Shown: one piece after another, positions 13,521 through 27,147 of the stretch | Position numbering within the stretch: position 1 is the stretch's first letter | Layout of the letters: each line of letters begins with the position of its first letter | Notes under the pieces: model-generated | What the model was told of the DNA's origin: nothing | Databases searched by the model: none | Seen by the model: the letters and a program-made list of their open reading frames with translations, nothing else | Made by a program: the position numbers and the translations under genes | Origin: Hamiltosporidium tvaerminnensis FI-OER-3-3 | Lineage: Eukaryota; Fungi; Microsporidia | NCBI GenBank assembly: GCA_022605425.2 | Contig: JAKIMF020000007.1 | Coordinates: 868,001 to 932,000, forward strand | Direction of reading: 5' to 3' | Length of the DNA stretch: 64,000 nucleotides

Positions 13521-14255
13521 TTACTTTATTGAAATTACTACTGTGTTTTGAATCTAACTTAATTAGTTGCCATTGGCTATTTAAATTAATAATATATCAC
13601 ATGAACGAAGATATTTCCACGAAAACTAAAAGAAATATGTAAACCAGAAAAATTTTTCCTTACACCATTTGATTAAATTTTCTATTAATTACATTTAGTA
13701 TTGTTTTAAATTTTAAGAAATCGAACCAAATCATTATTGTGACATATGCGTGCCACAAAAAAAACATAATTTTAATTTCATATTTAAAATTCTTCGTCAT
13801 TTAATACTCTCTTGGCTTAAACCACAATAAAATTATTGGTAAAGCAGATTAATTGGAAAATAAGCTCAATAAAGCACACAAATATCATAAAATAAAAAAA
13901 AAAAACGAAAAAAACCTGTGTATAATGGGCAACTATCTTTTTGATGTATTTTACATACTGTTATATTGAGTAAAAGGCTTAATAAAATGGATAAACCTCT
14001 AGAACCAAAGATAATAAAAAATTATATTGTATAGTGTACTACTTACTGAATATTAATTTCATCTTAATGCGGATCATATTGTTTTCATCCTAAATTTACT
14101 GAAATTTTTCTAATTTTTATTGTAGATTTCATAATACGAAAAGACTATAATGTTCAAATATGATATTTATTAGAAATATCTTCCTATATCCTAAAAACTA
14201 CGAACTGTAAATTATTATATAAGCCATAAAATCTGATTGTGTTCTCTAATTAATG

Positions 14256-14400
14256 AACTCTTTATCTTTCGTTCGTAAAGTTTGCGCGGACTAACAAACT
14301 AACTAATCAAAAGAAAATTGTCTTTGGAACGCTTAGAACTCGGCGAAACTATGATTCATCGTTGGATTATGTTCCATCGGTAGGAAGGAGCGAGCTATAT
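14256..14400 (+). repeat. Second copy of the body of the tRNA-derived SINE at 30092-30308
   Basis: Shares attgtctttgga..cgc.tagaact.ggcgaaac...attcatcgttggatt.tgttc...ggagcgagctat with 30160-30308. Confidence 0.75.
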
Positions 14401-15556
14401 AATATATAATAAAATATTGTAAACGCTAAGGTAGATAAATATTCAAATAAAAAATCCATATACATCGCTTTATAAGTTTTGTTATTTGATTGAAAATACA
14501 ACAATTTAATGTTATAATAAATCGACTATATTGTTTGATAAATTACTAGGTTATTTATAAAATATTCAAATCAAGATTCAGTTGAGCCATATAATATTTT
14601 CCAAGCCTTATTGATCTGGTTAAAGCTCTACATAAAAGCAAATAAAAGCAAAGGTATACATTACACAAATGGCTTGGTATTCTGGAGCGAAAATATTTCT
14701 AATCCTATGTTTTCTTATCGCATATGGACTTCTTTATATAAACATTAGGTGATTTATTCTATTAAAAATCCAACTTATAAATATTAAATCTCTATAAATT
14801 AGCAAGAATTTATATTAGTAAGGAATTATTATCTTTTTTCTTTGATTTCCTAGTGTAAGCTACTAAAAAATATACTTTCATGTTATATTAAAGAAATCCC
14901 TGATATTTTAACGTTCAAGAATATACTGGTTATAGGGTTTTTCGATAAATTAAAATTTTTATTTAAATTTGACTCGTGTAAAATAATGTAAAAATAAAAA
15001 AACATACTAAATATAAATATAAGAGCTTTTTTATATAATATAATAACTTATCAAGGTGTTTATATGATCAAAAAAAGGTCAAAACCATACTTTTACAAAT
15101 AAACTTTGTCAGTAAATATACATATAATTCTGTAACTGTTGCAATTAGAGTTTCTCAATAAAAATAATACAAAAAGTTTGTAAAAATTATGAAATTAGAA
15201 GAATTTAACATACTATTTTATCATGAAAATTATATTTTGGAGAAATAAATTCGCACAGTAAAAGTATTTTTCAAGGCGAGTAATTAAATAGTTTTTTGTC
15301 TTAGAAATAGTTTCGCTTCGTTAAAAAAGACTAAATAAAAAATTATACAGCACTAATAATTAATTTACTAAAAAACGTGTAACTTCTATTGTTAGGAAGT
15401 ATTTAGTGTCTGTATGTTCGATATATTTATGTGAAAGGGTGTGCAGACACCGAAATCGCGCCAGCCCCGTAAAACAGAGCAAAATTAAAAGTACAAATTT
15501 TATATATTTATTAAAACACGAAATTGAATAACAAAACTCTTATATAAATGAAGATT

Positions 15557-16260
15557 GGTGAAGGAAGTATAACCACAATAAAAACTTTCTGCTTGACAAT
15601 GAGTATGTGAACTTGGAGTGAAGCATTTTGTTGTAATTTTTGGTGAGAATAAACTGACACTAAGGTTTTCGGTTTTTCCATGAGCGCTCTATTAGGGCTA
15701 GGTCTAGAAATGACGTAACTTTTTCTAGAATCTAATTTGTAGTTTTCTATGTAACCAGATTGCAGAACGTATCTGAACTTGAAGGTACTCGCCATATATA
15801 GCACGGAAACCCAGCCTTGATAATTCGGATCTAAGACTCTGCACCTGAAAGACACAATAATAGAACCATTCTACAGTACAGAGAGCTAGCTAGAAGGTTG
15901 TACTTGTTGCATGTCAATTGTACTATCTAGGTAGACAATATAAGTCCCCGATATAGTATCTTAGCCTGATGTTTAGTTTGATTATAAATGAGTACATTTA
16001 GTGGGAATGCGGAATAGTCTTAGTGGAGCCTAGGATGGGTTTCAAACTACGTGCACACCTCGTCTGACTGACGAAAACGAACATCCATCCAACTACCTCG
16101 CCCATTAACTACGGATTTGATACCTTTTAGATGAAATTTTCTTGGAGTTAGGTATCGTAAGAGTACTGATGGTGTCTTGAGTAGAGTTTTTTATGTTAAG
16201 TCTAGAAAGTGATAATATAATGAAAAGAATATCATATTCGCCATTTTTTTGAATAAAGAT
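15557..16260 (+). mobile_element. Diverged full-length copy of the ~720-bp element
   Basis: Starts ggtgaaggaagtataaccacaataaaaactttctgcttgacaatgag, the element 5' end. Retains tatgtaaccagattgcaga, agtgggaatgc and taggtatcg. Confidence 0.8.
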
Positions 16261-16904
16261 ATATGTGGAGATTATTTTTTAAGAACTATTAGGCATTAAA
16301 AAATAAAAACCATTGTACAAATTTTTTTTAAAAAAGTTAGGTTTTATTTATATAAATTATATTCTTTTAATCCCATATTAATTAATATAATCTTATTTTT
16401 GTAAAATTTTCGAAAAATCTACTAAAAAAACCATACATCAATCCACATAGCGACATAAATAACTTTTTATATTTTTAAAAAAATAGTCGAAAATATGCAT
16501 ATGATTAGAAAAACACTTATCAATTAACAGCTAAAGAAGAAAATAATATAATCGGTTAACATCACAATAGCTAGGTTCAACCACACTATAATAACATATT
16601 ATTAGCCAGTAAAATACTAAATAAAGAAAAAGTACACGATACGTATTGGAATTATCGAAATCAGATACTTGTGAAACATTTTTTTTGTTTCTGAATTTTA
16701 AGCAGAATTCGAACATGAAAATAGAGATTACAGAAATTGATAAATAAAGGGTGCAATTGCATCGTTTAATATCCGCCATGTAATATATCAGCTATTTATT
16801 TTAAGTTAAAGTGATTTCTCTGAAATACCATGCAAAATTAATCCTAAAAACTAGATAAACACAATTTTACTACGAGTCGTTTTTTTTACATTACTACACA
16901 TTTA

Positions 16905-19202
16905 TTGATTGTAAACGAATATATTCGCTATTTTTGATCTTGATGCAAATGTTTCAAAAATCTTATGCGTTGAATAAAAAGCATGTTCAATTTAAATCTC
17001 TTTAGTCGTATTAAAAACCTTTAAAGAACATTCAATATTATTTTATTGGTAAACAAATCAACATATAATTTTTTTTATCGATTTAAATATTGAAAAAAAT
17101 AGAAACTCGAAATAAGTAAATTCCATTCTTGGAAGTCTTAATTCCCCTGACGAATATGAATTTGTATCATTAAAAAGTTCGAAAAATGATATTTCTGAAA
17201 TGTTAGAATTTTTACAAAGGATTAGAGACTGAGGATGTGTAAATTTTGCCAGTGAATTTTATCTGCTGCACCAATGTAAGCTTTAACAACTCTTAAGACA
17301 TCAAAACCGCAAAAACTATTTTATAAAATACTTTATAGAGTGTTCCGCTTGAAAAATCAGAACCAAAACAAAATTTTTTAAGATTTAGCAATGATGAGAA
17401 TAGAGTCATTATATCGTAAAAAGGATGAAAAAATAGAAAGTTCAGGCCATCCAAACAAGTAGATTTATAATTATTTTACCGGATTCTGATAGAAATAAAA
17501 TCCATTCTGAACTTGATTTAAAAAGAATTAAAATATTTTCAAAGCCTTCATTTTGTTAAAAAAATTTATAAAATAGTCTAATTATTGATCAAAAATGCGC
17601 CAAATCAGAATTTCTAATCATTCTATTTCATCAAAGATTATTTCATATGCTGAAGCCACAAATTTACACCCATGAAATGATATGGTTGTTTAAAAACTTA
17701 GTTTAAAATTTTCGAGAGGAACATAAAATCTATCCTGGAATTATCAATTTCCAGTCTTACTATATTGTAGCATGTTTTTTAAGCAAGGGCGCCTTAATCT
17801 TTAAATATAATTGGTAGAAATGCACTTTTAAATTTTTTAATTCGTAAAGATTTAAAATATTAAAATCAAATGCTTTATATCTGCTACGCATTACGCACCT
17901 AACATATGTTCGAAGAGGTAACTTTATATTGCGAAACTTTTCTATTGATGAAGTCTGCTGTATAAATCTAGAGATAGTAATTTTTCCGAAGCATAAACGG
18001 GTGTTAGCGTATCACAAACAAGCATATTAGCTTTATTTTCATAATTAAAAACATCATCAGAGAGTCTTGAGTAAATATCTTTAACAAATGAAATAAAATC
18101 TTTATAATCGTTTAAAGACATGTAGCCATAATATGTGGTGATGTAATTCAAGCTTTTAAATTCAAGAGATTCTAAAAATTTAATTTCATTTTTTGCTGGA
18201 AAACCACCATAAATAATACTTAACACTTTTATAAATTTTAAGTTGAATACTTCGTTCACACATTGGATCAATAAATCGGTTTTAAAACACCGAAAGGAGA
18301 TAATTCATTGATACATCTAAATAGTGACAAACCATAGAGAGGCTTCTGTTCACTTCGTAAGTGACTTGATAAAGAAAAAATCGTTTGAAGGTATGAAAAG
18401 TAAATTCAATGTTTAAAAATCCAAGAAAATCATTTGATCATTCATAAACATCCAACATTACATTGATAATTTCCTTATCAACATATTGATGATCTTCATT
18501 TAAATCTATAGATTCTAATTGCAAATATTCGATAAAATATTTTGCACGGAATATACTTACTATTTTGCTTCGTATATATCAAGTAAATATAAATACTCTA
18601 AATACCTATACAATTATTATTTTAGAGATGTAAATTAAAAAGATATAATCATATATTTTGGGGAAAAAATCAATGCTTTAAAGAAATCGGATTAATTAAT
18701 ATCGAACTCCAAATCATGCCAATAAAGCTATCTAGTGACTTTATTTCAAGCATAAAAATACTTATTATTTTGAAAATCAAGCGATAATTACTTTCATTGA
18801 TATCATCAACAAAATATCGAAAACTTATTACAAGTTTATAAAAGTAAGCAGGGTTTTTATAATTCAACATAGAATTAATTATAATATGTTTTGTTGTTGA
18901 CTTTCTCGTTAAAATATATCAAAGCTCGAAAATTTCAATAAAAAATTAGCAGATTCGATTATAATTGTTTTAAAAGTTAAATTTTTTATATCAGACCGAT
19001 TCGGTTTATTAATTTTAACAGAAATGCTCGAATTAAAATCAGACTATGTTTAATCATTTGTGTGCACCATATCCTAACAATTTTCGTAAAAATGTTATTG
19101 CAATCGTCTCTTTAACTCATATTAATTTAAACTTATTAAAAAAATAGAAAAGGCTTACATATAAATTTAAATTTATTCTTCTCGTCTTAAAATACTTCTC
19201 AT
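16905..19202 (-). pseudogene. Pseudogenised paralog of the LRR-like gene at 24829..27147
   Basis: Collinear nucleotide similarity (e.g. acatatgttcgaagaggtaa, aaagaaatcggattaa, ttgagtaaatatctttaac). ORF fragments 17942..18271 and 18670..18870 align to the intact protein. Many frameshifts. Confidence 0.9.
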
Positions 19203-20129
19203 ATATGGAAATGTCAAAAAATATATTTATATAAGAAAAAAGGGTTTATAAATAAACAATTGCTTTAGTGTATGAAACTATGTTCAATTAAAGACAGATT
19301 TTTTTCATTTCATATATTTTTATCAGACATTAAAAGATTAAAATGCTTTTTAAATGTAAGATTTTAATTTTTACTTAATTAAATTAAAACGAATCAAAAT
19401 TTTAAAATTTATAAATGTTTCTTTAAAATTTGTTATTTATTTCTGAATGAATTAAAAATGTGGTTTAACTTAAATTTAAATTGATTAAAAAATGTATCAA
19501 ATTTTTTTTATTAACACAATTGAATAAAGAAATAATTCAAATACCCTTTGTTTCAGTAGACCTGGCCGTAATATTATCATTTTTCATTTGAATGGGCTGA
19601 CATAGGTTTACTATTTTCAAACTAATTCACAAAGCTTTAGATCGTCTAGTTCGAATAGTATTGGAGAAAAACAAGAATATCGATTAAACTTAGTCAAGAT
19701 AAATGGCAAGGATTCAAAAAAACATAATGATAATTATCTAAACTACTTATAGAAAATAAAAAAAAAGATTAAATAACTTGGAATATTATATTTTGGGCTT
19801 CTAATTTATAAAAAAAATATCAGTTAAACTAAATATTGCGCTTGTGTCTGACTTAATATAGAACTTACACAAAACCAAGATTAATATATAATAATCTGGA
19901 CTCAATAAAGACATAAAGGCCTATACTGTTGTCTTTCGTTATCGCGCTTGATCGGTACCCAAACTTACTGCGATATATGCCATACTTCAAGGTAGTATTT
20001 GAATCTAAAATATGAATGTTTTCGTTCTAACATAGGATAGAAAGGTAAAAAAGGAAAAGAAAATATACAAAATGAAAAAATAAAGGCTTTAAACAACTCT
20101 TAGAATAGTGCAATAGAGATTAAATTGTG

Positions 20130-23100
20130 TGATGTGAATGCAGCAACGATATCCTAGTGAAATACACCTTAACAGACATTCATAACACCCAGTAATGGTT
20201 TCCAGAATAGTTCGGTTTGCTTGGTTGATACCGTACCTTAATCTTCCAGTATGAATGCCACTGCTTGTGAACCAGCCAATGGCATGACAAATCTCATTAC
20301 TGCTGCTATCTTAAAAGAAAGCCGGTTAATGGCATTACATTCCATACTAGATTCTGTAATAGTTGAGAGCACCAATGGCCCGATCTGCTCTATAGCAGTA
20401 CAAAGAGATTTGAGAGAATGCGCAGAAAAGACTAACATGCAATTTCGAGATACTATAATTAGAAATTTTTCTGCACATTAGATATCTAAGTATTAAAAAA
20501 ATCAACACAAAATGAGGCAGGAAGAAAAATTAAGCAAGAAGAGAATGGGCAGCGACGTAGAATCGCCCTTTTCTCTGACCGAGTCATGTTCCTTGGCTGA
20601 CATTTCGCTCTATATTAACCCGAAGGAGAAGTATTTGTTTTAAATCCAGAAAAATTTGGAGGAGGAAATTGGAGATGTAGTCGACCGAACTCGAAAGCAT
20701 CTAGGTGAGTTAATTAATTTCAAAGTTTTGAACTCACTTGATCGAATTACCGGTGAGTATGCCGAATCTAATGTGCCGATGACGATAACTGACGTGGCAC
20801 AAATTATCTAAGCGGCGTAGGCATTCTATGACGAGGAAACACCGAAGAGAAACCAAGATCAATGTAGAAAGAAACCATGAAGGTGATCTGTCTATGTTAA
20901 AACTTCAAAAAATCTCCTCGAGAAGGCTCGTAAGCAGGAAAAGCTCTTTAGTACGAAAATGAAAAGCCTTATGAAAATCACCGAGAGTTTAATTAAAACT
21001 TGAGATGTGTAACTGATCTTTCTGAAGCTTTAGTTAAGAAGAATGAGTCTTTGAACGTGTACGAGAAAAAAATTACGATGCATGAAAGTAAGAAGCAATT
21101 CCGAAAAGAGAATCGTATGTTTGAGCTTCTCCGAGGTCGATTTTATTGAATGTTATCTGAGCGTGTGAAATCTGAGCATGTTGTTAGTCGTGATGAAACT
21201 TGAGTTTTTGGTCTATAATGTGGAACAAAAATGATGACACAATCACGTATGATGATTATTCATTTTCTTTTGTATCAGATAATCATCTGATCACGTTTCC
21301 TTCACTTGATGAATTTTAAAGTATCATTAATCGGCTTCTCAATTGAAAAGCTGCTAGAATTGATGGTGTTTAAAATTTTTTCATTAAGAAACTTACAACT
21401 CTTCACAAATATCTTTATGATATTGTGAAAGTTATATGTTTAAAAGGAACACCTCAAGCTGATTGGTTTTACTGCGGGCTTACGTATTTGATACCGAAAG
21501 GAATTCCACGAAGAGGCTCTGACTACAGGCCAATCACTTGTATGTCCAAACTCTATAAGTTAACGACAAAGTGTGTAACGAAAGTCGTTCAACTTGAAGT
21601 GGAAAGGCGAGGGTTGCTTGCAGAGAACCAATTAGGGGCGGTAAGAGGCGTGCAGGGAGCGAAAGAGCAGGCTCTACTGAATATTGTCTTAAATAAAGAG
21701 TATGGAAATAATCTTAAGGCAACATGGATTGATGTTAAAAAAGCTTATGATTCAATAGATCATGCTTTTTTAACTCAATACATTGAAAACCTTAATTTAC
21801 CTGATTGGATCCTGAAATTTATTGAGGTAATTATATCAAAAAGGAAAATTGAAATATCTGTAGGGCTTGAAAAAATCATGAGCAAGAAGATTGATAGAGG
21901 GATTCTACAAGGAGATAGTTTGTCACCTTTGTTATTTGTGTTGTGTATGGATCCATTAAGCCGAAATCTTAATGAAAAATACACAAAAGTGACAGTACAA
22001 ACAGATGCAGAATCCCATTCTACTAATCATATCTTGATTATTGATGATCTAAAGCTCCTTGCAAAAGACAGTTCGACATTGAGTGCTATGACAGACGAGG
22101 CAAAGGAATTTTTAGAGGTGATTGGGTTAGAGATTAACAAAGAGAAGTCAGCCACAAATGATAAGTGTTGTTAAGATACTTCTACTCTTCTAGAAGGTGT
22201 TAGTGTTTACAAATATTTAGGAATAATAGAATATAGCAGAGGAATCCCAACACGTAGCTCATTTGAAGAAGTACAAAGCAAACTTATATCAAGAGTTGAA
22301 AGACTTTGTCACACTAGATTAAATGCAAGAAATTTATTTTCTGAATCAATCAACATGCGATATCGTTAATCAACTATCACATAGGAGTACTTTGACTTGA
22401 ACCGGCTGACTTCTCTAAGTTAGATGGGGCAGTGCATGCGGTGCTGGTAAAGAATCAGATACATCTTCGCCCAGGATGTAAACAGTGTTTCTACCTTCCT
22501 ATAACAGAACTTAGAAAATGCTTGCATAGTGTTGAGTTGCGAAGCGACCATATGCTTCTGCAACTCTTGGATTTTCTGAAAAAACATAAAGATACATCGA
22601 TTAGAAGAGAGCTATTATAAAGGTTGAGAGTAATAATAAAACCTATATTGCACTAATAAAAGGCTTTTTAAAAATAAAGTTTAGGTTGGTAGAAGAAGTC
22701 ACTAAGAGGAATTTGAATTTGCAAACTATATATCGAAATAGTTCCCCACCATGCCGAGAGCAGAATTAGCTTGGAGTATTCCCTATTTGTCGTTAGAGGC
22801 GACTAAAAAGAACTGATCCTCTATGTTGGGGTTGGGCGTAGGGCTAACAACCCACCCTTTGAAACTACCTGTTACGAAACCAAATAAGTAAACAAACCCA
22901 CTAGAAAAAGACCGGTGGGCGGTATTAGTAAGGGAGGCCATGGCTTGCACAGGGCTGTAGTGCCAATGATGAATGAATATATCGAAATAGAAAAACGAAA
23001 ACATCTTTCAATGTTATATAATACAAGGAAACATGAGATTTTAAGTGTTAGTGACTCCGCAAGATGGCTAAAGAAAGGGAACATTAGGCCGCGTGATTAG

Positions 23101-24050
23101 CAGTGTCTTGCTATATGCAGGATAGAATTGTTTTCCAGGGTGCGGTTGGTATGTGTCAACAGTGTAATAAATTTAGTAAAACTAAAGATGACTTAGCAAC
23201 TCAATATGAGAAAAATACTTGGTCGTGGCTTCACCAGACGGCATAATTAAGGGTTAGATGCCTGGTCTTTCTCTTTTAAAATAGATATAATTTCAAGTCT
23301 TCAAACGAATAAGGAGTCACTCAGTTTAAGAGATTCTTGATAATGTGTATGCAGAGATATGAGTGGACACCAGAATAAAAACTCATGACGAGATTCGGTG
23401 TAATAGACCCGATATATTTATTTTAAATAAGAGAAAAAATAAGGTAACATTTATTGAAGTAGGAATTACTCCCGAGACCCTCTTCAAATAGTTTAAACTG
23501 AGAAGTTTAGGAAGTATGATCTATTTTCAAATGAGTTGGGTCTTGTTTATAAATGAAGTGTAAGATTTTTCATATATGTGATGACCTGGGACGGTATTGT
23601 GACAAAATACCAGAAGAAATATGTTCAGAGACTACAAATACGCATGAATGTGGAGGAATATATACAATCCATAGTACTCAAGAAGACTGTCGAAACAATT
23701 TCTTTTGATCGACGAAGAGGGCTTGAGTCTGGACCAAATGCCGAAGAGAGCTGGGAGAGAGCATCATTAAGTGTTATTTTAAAAGCTAGGATGTATAAAC
23801 AATCAACACCCCCTTTAAAGCAGGCAGACAACGAGGAAGATGATGTTAAAATGGAGAATACAAAAAATATTTTACCCCTTATTTTGGATGGCATAACCAC
23901 AGCAGAACAACCAACAACTAATACAAATGAAGAGTTGGAGTTGGAGGAAGAGATAGAAGTGGTTAAAAATGTGGAAAGAATTATTTAAAAGAGAAAATTT
24001 GTTAACCCAGAATTTTAGGTAACAAATTTTATTTACTATTCATAAAAAAT
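20130..24050 (+). mobile_element. Near full-length, disrupted non-LTR retrotransposon with RT and restriction-like endonuclease (R4/Dong-like); 5' boundary approximate
   Basis: RT motifs YRPITC, DVKKAYDSI, QGDSLSPLLF and IIDDLKLL (21425..22174), YKYLG, a decayed zinc knuckle (CQQC, ~23153), RRHN, and RLE motif RPDIFI..VTFIEVGIT (23402-23470). Stops and frameshifts throughout. Confidence 0.92.
22742..22976 (+). mobile_element. 235-bp non-autonomous, internally deleted RTE-clade retroposon nested in the LINE, with 14-bp TSD
   Basis: TSD atatatcgaaatag at 22728-22741 and 22977-22990. Excision restores the LINE frame KLYIEIEKRKH. The 3' part encodes an RTE C-terminus (KDRWAVLVREAMACTGL*) and ends in a tgatgaatga tail. 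The 5' part has RTE 5'-UTR-like motifs. Confidence 0.88.
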
Positions 24051-24439
24051 TACTTACGTTTTTATTATCAATACAATATCTCTTCAGCTTATGTCACTTA
24101 GCAAATAATATTTTTCAAATTCGTAAGAAGTATAAATCGGAATTAAAAAACGTGTAAGTATTCTTCCCAAGGAAGTTTCTCGACATCTACTTAAGACGCA
24201 CAATAGTAATTCGGACAGAGAGAAAGAGAAAGGAATTCTTCGTGTTTAGTAATGGCCAGCTTATTTTGGTGGTATATTTTCGAGTAACAATGATCATGAT
24301 TGTTGAGGTGTGTACAGTGATCTCAAGTATAGTGACGAAATATTTCTTCGCATATATTTTTTACTTTATTCATAGCCTTAACATATTTGAATTTTTCTGA
24401 AAAATCTGCTTAACTTTGAATTATGTAGAAGCTTAAGCT

Positions 24440-24505
24440 TTTGACGGGGGCTTATCTCGCATCCTCAAGAAATACCATTCCGCACCCTCGGTTAAGAACC
24501 ACCGA
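24440..24505 (-). mobile_element. Possible hAT (Buster/Charlie-type) terminus
   Basis: The reverse strand cggtggttcttaaccgagggtgcg resembles CAGTGGTTCTYAACC-type TIRs. No partner TIR was found. Confidence 0.3.
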
Positions 24506-24828
24506 CCTAAATTAACAACTATACTACAATAAAATACATAATAAAGAAAATTTAACAGTTCTACTTGGAATTATAAGCGTTAAATATAAACATTAATTGT
24601 TTATTGTTGCTGAGTATCAACCAAAATTTTGTCAAAATTAAATAGAGATGGGAAAAAATCGCTAGTATAAAGAGTGCAATTACATGGTTTTTAATGAAAA
24701 AAAATTAGCTTATCGTCATAGGGAATCTATTTAACGATAATGAATAAAGACGATAGGCAAATAACAATAAAAACCAAACCCACCGGGAATTTGTATAAAA
24801 AATAACCCTTTTACTTTTATTAAACATC

Positions 24829-27147
24829 TTAATGATACAAACACATATTCTCGACTTTTAATCTTGAAGATAATATTTCAAAAATCTGATGACTCTTATA
24901 CAAACCTTGTTTGATTTCTATTATTTTAATTGTATTAAAAACCTTTAACAAACACATAATAGTGATTTTATTAGTTAAAACTTCAATATATAGTTTTTTT
25001 AGGGATTTGAGTTTTGAGAAGAATATAAACTCGAGATGTGTAAATTCAATTTTTGGAATTCCTAATTCTTCTAAAGAATATAAATCAGTTGTATTAAAAA
25101 GTTCCGAAAATGATATTTCTGAAATATAAGAATTATTACAAAAGATCAGAGACTGTAGATGTGTAAATTTTTCCAATGAATTTTTATCTGCTGCACCAAT
25201 GTTAGCTCTAATAATTCTTAATACCCGGAGACCGGAAAAATCATTGTTATGAAATACTTTATAGAGTGTTCCACTAGAAGAATCAGAACCAAAATAAAAT
25301 TTTTGAAGGTTCGGTAATGATGGAAATAGATGCATAGTGTCACAAAAAGAATTATATAACAAAAACTCCAGGCAATCTAAGCCGAGTAAATCCATAAAGA
25401 TATCCCCATATTCTGATAGAATTGAAATCATTTCAACAGCTGATCTACTATGAAAGTTAAACGTTTTTATAGCCTTCATTTTGTTAAAAAAATCATAAAA
25501 TAAATGTTTTTCCAGAATCGAAGATGCACCTAAAGTCAAGGTTTTGATCGTTATATTTTCATCAAAAATTATTTCTTCTGTTGAAGCCAAAAATTTGCAT
25601 TCAAAGAATGATAGCGATGTCAAAGAAGGGAATTTCAAAATTTTAGAAAGAAACAAAAAAAATATCGTGGAATGTTGAATTTCAATTTCTCTAATATTAC
25701 AGCATGTTTCAGAAGTATATGAGCAAAAATCTTTGAAATATAAATCATAAAATTGTAGTTTTATACTTCGTAATCTGTATAAATTCAAAATATGAAAATC
25801 AAGCATTGTATAACGATTGCGCATTACACCCCTGACATATGTTCGAAGAGGTAATTTTACACTTCGTAAATTCTCTAACCAAGATGTCTGCTGATATAAA
25901 TCAAGTGATAATAATTTATCGGTGTCATAAACGGGTTTCAATGTCTTACACACAAGTATATTTGATATATTTTCACAATTAAAAATATCATCGAAAAACC
26001 TTGAGTAAATATCTTTAACCAACGATATATAGTCTTCATGCCCGTTTAAAGAAATGAATCCAAAGTCTTGAGCAACGTAATTCAAGCTTTCAAATTTAAG
26101 GTCTTTTAAAAATGTAATTTCATTTTCTATGGTAAATTTACCTTCTATAATATTCAACATACTTATGCATTCAAGGTCAAGTGTTTCGTAAATTTCTCTT
26201 ATCAATAAATCGATTTTTGAACATCTAAATAGCGACAATTCATTAATACATTTAAATAGTGACAAACTATAGAATATTTTTTGCCCACATTCGTAGGTGA
26301 CTTGACAAAGAAACAATCGCTTGAAATTATGGAAAACAAATATAGTGTTTAAAACTTCAAGGAAAATTTTTGTATTTTTATGAACACTCAGGATTACATT
26401 AACGATTTCATTATCAATATATAAATAATTTTCATTCATATCTATAAATTCTAAGTGCATGTAATTAGTACACTCTTCTGCGCGAGAAACGGAACCTATT
26501 TTATCCCGAATATATTTAGAGATTCTGAATAGTCTAAAAATTACTACAATAACTATTTTAGAGATATAACTTGGAAAATGAGGCTCATAAATATTTTCTA
26601 AAAAATGCCTCAATTTTTTGAAAGAAATCGGATTAAACAATATCGAAGTCCAAATAATGCTAATAAATTTTTCTAGGGATTTGCTTTTTTTAAACATGAA
26701 AATACTTAAAATTTTAAAAATCAAGTGATGCTTAATTGGATTCATATCATTAAGAAAATCTGGAAATTCAATTACAATTTTATAAAAGTAGCTAAAATCT
26801 TCATAGCTCAATATAGAATTATCTATAAATATGTCTTGTTGTGGGATTTCACTTTTTTCTGCATCAAAGTCTGGGAATTTTAAAAAAAAATAATCAAGCT
26901 CGACCATAAAGGTAGTAGAGATTTTATTTTTAGAATTAAAACTATGTGGTTTTTTATCTTCAACGAAAATACTCAAATGCACATCAGAATACGTGTAACT
27001 ATTTTTTTCGGAAATATTCTCACAATTTTCATAAAAATGTATTGCTCTTGTCTCTTGTGCTAATATTAATTTTAACATATAAAAAAAATAGAATGATCTT
27101 GCGAATAAATTCAAATTAATCTTGCACGTCTTCAAAGTACTTTTCAT
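24829..27147 (-). CDS. 772-aa leucine-rich-repeat-like protein of an expanded lineage-specific family
   Basis: Long intact ORF with LxxLxL repeats in the C-terminal half (FPSLTSLSF, LPNLQKFYF, LKSLKKLYI) and a hydrophobic N-terminal segment. Confidence 0.85.
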   Translation of the reverse strand: MKSTLKTCKINLNLFARSFYFFYMLKLILAQETRAIHFYENCENISEKNSYTYSDVHLSIFVEDKKPHSFNSKNKISTTFMVELDYFFLKFPDFDAEKSEIPQQDIFIDNSILSYEDFSYFYKIVIEFPDFLNDMNPIKHHLIFKILSIFMFKKSKSLEKFISIIWTSILFNPISFKKLRHFLENIYEPHFPSYISKIVIVVIFRLFRISKYIRDKIGSVSRAEECTNYMHLEFIDMNENYLYIDNEIVNVILSVHKNTKIFLEVLNTIFVFHNFKRLFLCQVTYECGQKIFYSLSLFKCINELSLFRCSKIDLLIREIYETLDLECISMLNIIEGKFTIENEITFLKDLKFESLNYVAQDFGFISLNGHEDYISLVKDIYSRFFDDIFNCENISNILVCKTLKPVYDTDKLLSLDLYQQTSWLENLRSVKLPLRTYVRGVMRNRYTMLDFHILNLYRLRSIKLQFYDLYFKDFCSYTSETCCNIREIEIQHSTIFFLFLSKILKFPSLTSLSFFECKFLASTEEIIFDENITIKTLTLGASSILEKHLFYDFFNKMKAIKTFNFHSRSAVEMISILSEYGDIFMDLLGLDCLEFLLYNSFCDTMHLFPSLPNLQKFYFGSDSSSGTLYKVFHNNDFSGLRVLRIIRANIGAADKNSLEKFTHLQSLIFCNNSYISEISFSELFNTTDLYSLEELGIPKIEFTHLEFIFFSKLKSLKKLYIEVLTNKITIMCLLKVFNTIKIIEIKQGLYKSHQIFEILSSRLKVENMCLYH

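Noticed and set aside
22742-22815. Complete HDV-like ribozyme at the 5' end of the RTE derivative
   Set aside because: The stem-loop followed by CTAA is suggestive, but I could not assign P1-P3. Left as an untested possibility.
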